Of a stretch of DNA of 34,149 nt, positions 27,650-34,149 are shown piece after piece. Made by a program: the position numbers and the translations under genes. Origin of the DNA: SAR86 cluster bacterium. Its GTDB lineage: Bacteria > Pseudomonadota > Gammaproteobacteria > Magnimaribacterales > D2472. The stretch covers positions 1-34,149 of the forward strand of contig JADHNV010000001.1 of the NCBI GenBank assembly GCA_016779285.1, given 5' to 3'. Below the pieces are notes generated by a model. That model did not search any database. It saw only the letters and a list, made by a program, of their open reading frames with translations, and was not told the DNA's origin. The first letter of the stretch is position 1, and every line of letters starts with the position of its first letter.

Positions 27650-28914
27650 AGCTATTAGCATTAGTTGATTGTGATAATTTCTATGCCTCATGCGAAAGGG
27701 TCTTTCGACCAGACTTAAAACAGACACCTATCGTGGTGCTATCTAACAATGATGGCTGTGTTATTGCCAGAAGCAAAGAAGCCAAAGCCATGGGTATAAA
27801 AATGGGCATTCCTTGGTTCAAAGTAAAAAAATCATACTTAGCGCAAGGAGGTAAAGTATTTTCATCTAACTTTGCTCTGTATGGCGACCTATCTAAAAGA
27901 GTTATGAATATTCTTGAGGGAATGGTCAAAAAGATTGAAGTGTATAGCATTGATGAAGCATTTTTAGATCTGCAGCATATACAAAATGCAAATCACGCAC
28001 ATGATTTTGGTGTTTACTGTCGCAATACTATAAGGCAATGGGTTGGTATTCCTGTTCGGATTGGAATCGCGCCAACAAAAACTCTTACCAAGATTGCAAG
28101 TCATGTTGCAAAAAATATCAATGGCAGCATGGGAGTCTGCTGTCTAAATGACCAAAAAAATATAGTTCGTATTCTTAAAAATTTACCTATTAAAGAAGTC
28201 TGGGGTATTGGTCATAACCTCTCAAGGCAGCTTAATCAATTAGGTATATATTCAGCCTATGAATTAATGCAAATGGATATTAGATATATTAGAAAAAAAT
28301 TTAGTGTTGTTTTAGAGCGTACTGTCAGAGAATTAAGAGGGGAATCATGCATTCAAATAGAAGATCACTGTAATCCAAAAAAACAAATTATAGTAAGTAG
28401 AAGTTTTCGAAATCGAATTGAAAACTTAAGTGCACTTAAACCAGTAATTAGCAATTTTGCAGTACGAGCAGGAGAAAAGCTTAGACAGGAAAAACAAAAA
28501 TGCTCTCAAGTATCAGTGTTTATCTCAACTAGTAGATTTAATCAGAGACTTCAATATCGTGGGTTTGATAGCTTTCAGCTTCCTTGCCCAATAGATGATA
28601 CAAGAAGCATTCTAATGGGCGCAAATAAAATATTGAATACAATCTTTAGAAAAGGTTATCCATATGCAAAAGCAGGAATATTGCTAAGTCATTTTTCAGA
28701 TTCAACCTTTCTTCAGAAATCTCTATTTGAAGCAGCGGATCAAGATCACTACAAGCAAGACACAAACTTAATGCAAACTGTAGATACGCTCAATAGCATC
28801 CAGACACAGGTCTACTATGCATCGCAGTATCCTGCAAGGTTATCACCTATACAAAAAGAAATGGTATCACCCAGATACACAACAAACTGGTGGGAATTAC
28901 CAATAACTAAGTAG
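27646..28914 (+). CDS. umuC: Translesion DNA polymerase V catalytic subunit UmuC (Y-family)
   Basis: 422 aa; Y-family motifs LVDCDNFYASCE, VLSNNDGCVIA, SIDEAFLD. ATGA overlap with umuD. Confidence 0.92.
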   Translation: MKLLALVDCDNFYASCERVFRPDLKQTPIVVLSNNDGCVIARSKEAKAMGIKMGIPWFKVKKSYLAQGGKVFSSNFALYGDLSKRVMNILEGMVKKIEVYSIDEAFLDLQHIQNANHAHDFGVYCRNTIRQWVGIPVRIGIAPTKTLTKIASHVAKNINGSMGVCCLNDQKNIVRILKNLPIKEVWGIGHNLSRQLNQLGIYSAYELMQMDIRYIRKKFSVVLERTVRELRGESCIQIEDHCNPKKQIIVSRSFRNRIENLSALKPVISNFAVRAGEKLRQEKQKCSQVSVFISTSRFNQRLQYRGFDSFQLPCPIDDTRSILMGANKILNTIFRKGYPYAKAGILLSHFSDSTFLQKSLFEAADQDHYKQDTNLMQTVDTLNSIQTQVYYASQYPARLSPIQKEMVSPRYTTNWWELPITK

Positions 28915-29341
28915 AAAAATATCTACCATAATGAGCTTCGGAAAGTTCTAAAAACTCAGAAAAAATCTGCTCTTTAAGCTGAGCATGATCTACATTTACA
29001 TGACAAGAAATCCCAAACTGAGGCCAATCTAGCGCTTGTGAGCCCGCAGCTCGAAGAAGGTCAAAGATCCAGGTCAAAGGGTCAAGCGCATCGTTAAAAT
29101 TTATCCCCTGATCGTTTAGTCGGGTTGCTAGGAGCTGAGCATTCGAAATGGAAAATCGGTCTTTTAAAACAATTAGCTTAAAGCTTTCAAGCCGTGAATT
29201 CACTAACTCTTTTTCTGAAACAGTGTACTTATTCCAGTTAATAACTTCATGAATAAAACGTTTACAGCCCTTGCAAACATTGTCGCCATAGGTCGTAGAG
29301 CATATTCCAAGACAGGGTGTAGAGGCTTTGTTTTTCTTCAT
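28907..29341 (-). CDS. DUF1289 (YdhL-like Cys-motif) domain protein with ~90-aa C-terminal extension
   Basis: 144 aa; the N-terminus TPCLGICSTTYGDNVCKGCKRFIHEVINWNKY matches the YdhL-type pattern PCxGIC...CxGCxR...E..WN. The remainder has no motif I recognise. Confidence 0.7.
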   Translation of the reverse strand: MKKNKASTPCLGICSTTYGDNVCKGCKRFIHEVINWNKYTVSEKELVNSRLESFKLIVLKDRFSISNAQLLATRLNDQGINFNDALDPLTWIFDLLRAAGSQALDWPQFGISCHVNVDHAQLKEQIFSEFLELSEAHYGRYFST

Positions 29342-29443
29342 AGGTTGGATAATACATTATTTAATCCTAGGAAATGAAAGAAATAAAGAATAGCTTGGGG
29401 ATTTAGAGATACCGCAGTAAAATGACGACCCAGGGAAAAAATT

Positions 29444-32023
29444 ATGCTTCAAGATTACAAAAAACATTGCGAAGAAAGGAAAGAACAAGGGATACCCCCT
29501 CTACCCCTTTCAGCTCAACAAACATCAAGCTTAGTTGAATTGCTAAAATCAGAACATGATGAGTCCGAATTGTTGCTAGAACTCTTAAAAGAAAGAATAC
29601 CTGCAGGCGTAGATCAAGCGGCATATGTAAAAGCTGGATTTTTAGCAGATATAACAACAGGAAAGACTAACAGTCCATACATCTCAAAAAAAGAAGCAGT
29701 AATGATTCTAGGAACAATGCTTGGTGGATACAATATTCAGCCTTTAATAAAGTGTTTGAAGGATGATGAATTAGGTGAAACAGCTGCTGCTGCATTGAGC
29801 ACTACTTTATTAATCTTTGATGCTTTTAATGAAGTTCTAGCTCTTTCAGAAACCAATAAAAATGCAAAAACTGTTATAGATGCCTGGGCTGATGGTACCT
29901 GGTTTAAAGAAAAACAAGAAATTCCGGAGCAGATAAGATTAACTGTTTACAAGGTGCCTGGAGAAATTAATACAGATGACCTATCCCCTGCCACTGATGC
30001 ATGGTCTAGACCAGATATTCCTTTGCATGCATTGGCCATGTTTAAAATGCCTAGAGAGGGCTTGGATAAGCCTCTTGAGACTCTGGAAGAGCTCAAGAAA
30101 AAAGGCAACCCATTGGCTTTCGTTGGTGATGTGGTGGGCACTGGCTCTTCAAGAAAATCAGCAACAAACTCGGTGCTTTGGCATATGGGTGATGAGATAC
30201 CATGCATTCCTAATAAAAAGGAAGGTGGTTTTTGTTTTGGTGGAAAGATTGCGCCTATTTTCTTTAATACATTAGAGGATTCCGGAGCGTTTCCTGTGGA
30301 ATGCGATGTGTCCAAATTAAATATGGGGCAAGAAATTATCTTTGAACCATACAATGGAAAGATACTAGACGCAGCTAGCGGTGAAGTTTTATCTACATTT
30401 GAACTTAAAACGCCTGTTCTACTAGATGAGGTTCGAGCAAATGGTCGCATACCATTAATTATCGGCAGGCAATTAACAGACAAGACGAGAGAAGCGCTTG
30501 GTTTAGAGCCAACTGATATCTTTGCTAGGCCTGATGCTGAAGACTCTTCAGATAAAGGCTTTACGCTAGCTCAAAAAATGGTTGGCAAAGCATGCGGAGT
30601 AAAAGGAATCAGACCAGGAACATATTGTGAACCAAGAATGACAACCGTTGGATCGCAAGATACAACCGGCCCAATGACTAGAGATGAGCTAAAAGAATTA
30701 GCCTGTTTAGGATTCTCAGCAGATCTGGTTATGCAATCCTTCTGTCATACTGCCGCCTATCCCAAGCCAGTAGACATAGATACACAGCATACATTGCCTG
30801 ATTTTATTATGAATCGAGGTGGCGTATCTCTTAAACCAGGCGATGGAATTATTCATTCCTGGCTGAATAGAATGTTGCTGCCAGATGGAGTTGGGACTGG
30901 TGGAGATAGCCATACACGATTTCCACTAGGCATTAGTTTTCCAGCTGGATCAGGTTTGGTTGCTTTTGCTGCTGCATTAGGAGTAATGCCCCTAGATATG
31001 CCTGAATCTGTACTAGTAAGATTTAAAGGAGAAATGCAGCCAGGAATTACTCTAAGAGATTTAGTCAATGCTATCCCCTATGCAGCAATTCAAAAAGGCC
31101 TTTTGACTGTTGCTAAGGAAGGTAAGAAAAACATATTTTCTGGTCGCTGCCTTGAAATAGAGGGCTTGCCAGATCTAAAGGTTGAACAAGCATTTGAGCT
31201 ATCAGATGCCTCCGCTGAAAGATCTGCCTCAGGGTGCACGGTTCGACTAAACAAAGAGCCGATTATTGAATACTTAAAATCAAATATTGTGATGCTTAGA
31301 TGGATGATTGGAAGCGGTTATGGTGACGCAAAGACTCTTGAAAGAAGAGCTCAGGCGATGGAAGAATGGATTGAAAGCCCTGAATTACTAGAGCCAGATG
31401 AAAATGCTGAATATGCTGAAATCATTGAGATAGATCTCAATGAAATTACAGAACCTCTTCTTGCATGTCCCAATGACCCTGATGACATCAAACCTCTTTC
31501 AGCTGTAGCTGAAACTAGCATTGATGAGGTGTTTATTGGATCGTGCATGACAAATATTGGGCACTTTAGAGCCGCAGGGCATCTGCTTAAAAAATATAAC
31601 GGTACAAAAGCAAGACTATGGATAGTTCCCCCTACAAAAATGGATGAAAAACAACTTATGGAAGAGGGTATTTACAATATCTTTGGAACATCCGGCGCCA
31701 GAACAGAATTACCAGGCTGCTCTCTTTGTATGGGCAATCAAGCTAGAGTTCTTGCAAACTCTACAGTAGTTTCAACTTCTACAAGAAATTTTCCTAATAG
31801 ATTGGGTGATGGAGCTGATGTATTTCTAGCTTCAGCAGAACTTGCCGCGATTGCTTCTGTATTAGGTAAACTTCCATCACCAGAAGAATATTTAAAATAC
31901 ATGGAAGAAATTAATCCGCTGGCTGATGATATATACCGTTATTTAAACTTTAATGAGATTGATCAATATGTTGAAAGCGCTAATGCTGCTGAGATTCCTG
32001 CGGTAAATATTGTAAGCGCTTAG
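29444..32023 (+). CDS. acnB: Aconitate hydratase B (bifunctional aconitase 2 / 2-methylisocitrate dehydratase)
   Basis: 859 aa; characteristic AcnB N-terminus [22 protein letters not shown] and Fe-S ligand regions ([18 protein letters not shown]). Length and domain order are typical of AcnB. Confidence 0.97.
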   Translation: MLQDYKKHCEERKEQGIPPLPLSAQQTSSLVELLKSEHDESELLLELLKERIPAGVDQAAYVKAGFLADITTGKTNSPYISKKEAVMILGTMLGGYNIQPLIKCLKDDELGETAAAALSTTLLIFDAFNEVLALSETNKNAKTVIDAWADGTWFKEKQEIPEQIRLTVYKVPGEINTDDLSPATDAWSRPDIPLHALAMFKMPREGLDKPLETLEELKKKGNPLAFVGDVVGTGSSRKSATNSVLWHMGDEIPCIPNKKEGGFCFGGKIAPIFFNTLEDSGAFPVECDVSKLNMGQEIIFEPYNGKILDAASGEVLSTFELKTPVLLDEVRANGRIPLIIGRQLTDKTREALGLEPTDIFARPDAEDSSDKGFTLAQKMVGKACGVKGIRPGTYCEPRMTTVGSQDTTGPMTRDELKELACLGFSADLVMQSFCHTAAYPKPVDIDTQHTLPDFIMNRGGVSLKPGDGIIHSWLNRMLLPDGVGTGGDSHTRFPLGISFPAGSGLVAFAAALGVMPLDMPESVLVRFKGEMQPGITLRDLVNAIPYAAIQKGLLTVAKEGKKNIFSGRCLEIEGLPDLKVEQAFELSDASAERSASGCTVRLNKEPIIEYLKSNIVMLRWMIGSGYGDAKTLERRAQAMEEWIESPELLEPDENAEYAEIIEIDLNEITEPLLACPNDPDDIKPLSAVAETSIDEVFIGSCMTNIGHFRAAGHLLKKYNGTKARLWIVPPTKMDEKQLMEEGIYNIFGTSGARTELPGCSLCMGNQARVLANSTVVSTSTRNFPNRLGDGADVFLASAELAAIASVLGKLPSPEEYLKYMEEINPLADDIYRYLNFNEIDQYVESANAAEIPAVNIVSA

Positions 32024-33501
32024 CTAGATTTTTCTCTTGCAACTTTTTGATCATCTCCTCTAGATGATTCAAGATTTTGTAAATAATCTGAACTTATTGA
32101 TGTTGGATATTGACCATCAAAAATAGACATTTCAAATTTTTTAATTTCAGGATTTCCTTCTTGTGCAGAAGCAATCAAATCTTTCAAATCTTGATAAATT
32201 AACCAATCAGCACCAATTTCTTTTGCAACCTCTTCGTCAGTTCTTCCAGAGGCGATTAACTCATTGGTTGCAGCCATATCAATACCATAAAGGTTTTGAA
32301 ATTTTACTGGCGGCGCTGCAGATGAGAAGTAAACTTTTTTTGCGCCCGCTTCTCTAGCCATTTCAATGATTCTTTTGCTTGTTGTTCCCCTAACTATAGA
32401 ATCGTCAACTAATAGAACATTTTTTCCTTTAAACTCAAGATCTAATATGTTTAATTTACGCCTAACTGATTTTTTTCTTTCTTCTTGATTGGGCATAATA
32501 AAGGTTCTGCCAACATATCTATTTTTAACGAAACCCTGCCTATAAGGAAGTTTTAATGCTGCTGCAAGCTGCAATGCAGCTGTGGTGGAGCTATCGGGAA
32601 TAGGAATTACCACATCAATATCGTGTTCAGGATTTAGTTTGAGAATTTTTTTTGCTAGCTTTTGGCCCATTCTCATTCTTGCTTTATAAACAGAAATTTC
32701 ATCTAAAGTAGAATCAGGTCTAGCTAAATAAACATATTCAAAGATACAAGGTGTTGGATCTACATTATCAGAGCACTGATCGCTATGTAAGATTCCGTCT
32801 ACGTCTATATAAATAGCCTCACCTGGAAGTACATCCCTTAATGTTTTAAAGCCTAAAGCAGAAAAGGAAGCATTTTCGGATGCAACTATATATTCTTTTT
32901 TTGTTGGGCCGTCTTTAACTCCAATCACTAATGGACGAATACCTCGAGGATCTCTGAAGGCAATCAACCCAAAGCCAGTAATCAAAGCAACTACAGCATA
33001 AGCTCCTTGGCATCGGACATGAGTTTTTTTAACCGCTTGAAAGAAATGTTTTTTAGAAGGAAGAATTGCTTTTTGTTTTCCGAGCTCATGGGCAAAAATA
33101 TTAAGTAAAACTTCTGAATCTGAATCAGTATTAAGGTGACGCATTTCAGCGTGAAATAGTTCACGAGCAAGAACTTTAGAGTTTGTTAAGTTTCCATTGT
33201 GGGCTAGGCTAATACCATATGGAGAATTGACGTACATTGGCTGAGCAAATTCTTTACCAGCACCACCTGCGGTAGGATATCGAACATGCCCTATTCCATA
33301 ATTACCTAGCAATTTACTCATATGACGTTGCTGAAAAACATCTCGAACATATCCCATGGATTTGCGACTATTCAATCTACCAGTTTCATCACAAACAACC
33401 ATCCCGGCTGCATCTTGGCCTCTGTGCTGAAGCATTAATAGGGAGTCATAGATTGAACTAGCTACGTGAGTTTCAGAATATATGCCAACTATTCCACACA
33501 T
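32020..33501 (-). CDS. purF: Amidophosphoribosyltransferase
   Basis: 493 aa; Ntn-amidotransferase start MCGIVGI and PRTase motif [18 protein letters not shown] overlap with the cvpA stop, as in the cvpA-purF operon of E. coli. Confidence 0.97.
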   Translation of the reverse strand: MCGIVGIYSETHVASSIYDSLLMLQHRGQDAAGMVVCDETGRLNSRKSMGYVRDVFQQRHMSKLLGNYGIGHVRYPTAGGAGKEFAQPMYVNSPYGISLAHNGNLTNSKVLARELFHAEMRHLNTDSDSEVLLNIFAHELGKQKAILPSKKHFFQAVKKTHVRCQGAYAVVALITGFGLIAFRDPRGIRPLVIGVKDGPTKKEYIVASENASFSALGFKTLRDVLPGEAIYIDVDGILHSDQCSDNVDPTPCIFEYVYLARPDSTLDEISVYKARMRMGQKLAKKILKLNPEHDIDVVIPIPDSSTTAALQLAAALKLPYRQGFVKNRYVGRTFIMPNQEERKKSVRRKLNILDLEFKGKNVLLVDDSIVRGTTSKRIIEMAREAGAKKVYFSSAAPPVKFQNLYGIDMAATNELIASGRTDEEVAKEIGADWLIYQDLKDLIASAQEGNPEIKKFEMSIFDGQYPTSISSDYLQNLESSRGDDQKVAREKSS

Positions 33502-34040
33502 TATGTTGTCTCGTAAATTGTGCTGATATCAGACTTCAGCATAACTGAATTTTTATCAGAGATCATACTTTTAAAAAATTTTTCAGCCATTGGTGCATAT
33601 TTTTGCAAGTATTTAGAACTTTTGGACTCAGCAATAAAAGCAGATTGCTTAAAATCTTCTGGTAAAACTAGATAAATAACTACAATGAGGAGCATGCCTC
33701 TGAGAAAACCAAAGAATACTCCTAACAATCTATCAAAACCTCCCAATCCCGACCAATGAACCAAGCCTCTAAGTAATTTTATTAATACGCCACCTAAAAA
33801 AACAATACCAATAAAAACAGAAATGATGGTAAGAATTCTTCTGATTTCAGGGCTATTAATATAATCAATAAAATATGGATCTAAATATACATGTAAAAAA
33901 ATTGCCCCCCCAAAAGCAATAACCCACAATAATAGAGAGAATGCTTCTTGAATGAAACCTCGAAAAAATGCAATAAGACCAGAAAGTGCAATGATCCCAA
34001 TCAAAAGGTAATCAAAATGAGTAAGCGCTATGGATTCCAA
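33501..34040 (-). CDS. cvpA: Colicin V production protein CvpA (inner-membrane protein)
   Basis: 179 aa; four hydrophobic segments, colinear with E. coli CvpA (FDYLLIGIIALSGLIAFFRGFIQEAFSL; GGFDRLLGVFFGFLRG). TTG start and no upstream in-frame ATG. Confidence 0.85.
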   Translation of the reverse strand: MESIALTHFDYLLIGIIALSGLIAFFRGFIQEAFSLLLWVIAFGGAIFLHVYLDPYFIDYINSPEIRRILTIISVFIGIVFLGGVLIKLLRGLVHWSGLGGFDRLLGVFFGFLRGMLLIVVIYLVLPEDFKQSAFIAESKSSKYLQKYAPMAEKFFKSMISDKNSVMLKSDISTIYETT

Positions 34041-34149
34041 GCCAAAACCTCACCAGCCTCTATGCCAGCGATTTGATTAAGAGTGTTTTGATTATCCTTA
34101 ATATCTTGTTTGCTGGCAAAAGGGCCTACCAAAACATTAGTAAGGTTTT
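34028..34149 (-). CDS. C-terminal fragment of a SPOR-domain (DedD-like) protein; 5' end outside the window
   Basis: Hand translation of the minus strand gives ...NLTNVLVGPFASKQDIKDNQNTLNQIAGIEAGEVLAWNP*, which is SPOR-like (V.VGPF.s...a......L...G). The position upstream of cvpA-purF matches dedD in E. coli. Only ~40 aa are visible. Confidence 0.45.
   Translation of the reverse strand, partial: NLTNVLVGPFASKQDIKDNQNTLNQIAGIEAGEVLAWNP

Noticed and set aside
29947-30483. 178-aa ORF antisense to acnB, unusually long for an AT-rich genome
   Set aside because: It lies entirely inside the strongly supported acnB frame. It has a low-complexity Ser/Pro/Gly-rich translation, no start context or Shine-Dalgarno, and no recognisable motif. 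It is best explained as a shadow frame of a conserved gene.
1-34149. CRISPR arrays, tandem repeats, REP-like or IS elements
   Set aside because: Reading the intergenic regions on both strands revealed no repeated spacers or units, no terminal inverted repeats, and no transposase-like ORFs. Noncoding DNA is too scarce to hold an array.

Overview
Visibly AT-rich, very tightly packed chromosomal segment. Gene order points to a genome-streamlined, probably marine, gammaproteobacterium. I call 30 protein-coding genes (two cut by the window edges), two tRNAs (Ser-GCU, Asn-GUU), one near-consensus LexA/SOS operator, and two low-confidence signals (a -10 box and a hairpin). Most genes are core housekeeping, in blocks syntenic with E. 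coli/Pseudomonas: purL|mltF-like, cysS|ppiB-lpxH, SPOR(dedD-like)-cvpA-purF, alaS-lysC...tRNA-Ser, plus uvrB, acnB and hflX. I see no CRISPR array, transposase, integrase, prophage, toxin-antitoxin pair or recognisable defence module. I cannot honestly point to a convincing multi-gene novel system here. The accessory-looking content is limited to five items: (1) umuDC behind a LexA box, wedged between lpxH and acnB; (2) an orphan Pif1-like SF1B helicase just 3' of tRNA-Ser; (3) a hotdog-SDR-TM2 mini-operon; (4) a DUF1289 Cys-motif protein with a long uncharacterised tail; (5) one unusually long (282 nt) noncoding stretch after tRNA-Asn. The most notable sequence-level observations are these. 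All seven convergent gene junctions have 7 nt or less between stops, and five overlap, four of them in a shared YTAR tetranucleotide. lysC has an internal in-frame AGGAGG-ATG, suggesting a nested beta-subunit. The PPIase has a strong internal SD-ATG, suggesting a long membrane-anchored form versus a short cytoplasmic form. A dihydroorotase-like gene sits in the conserved csrA slot and reads Q-x-H where H-x-H is expected. All protein calls rest on motif and synteny recognition by eye; no searches or computations were run.
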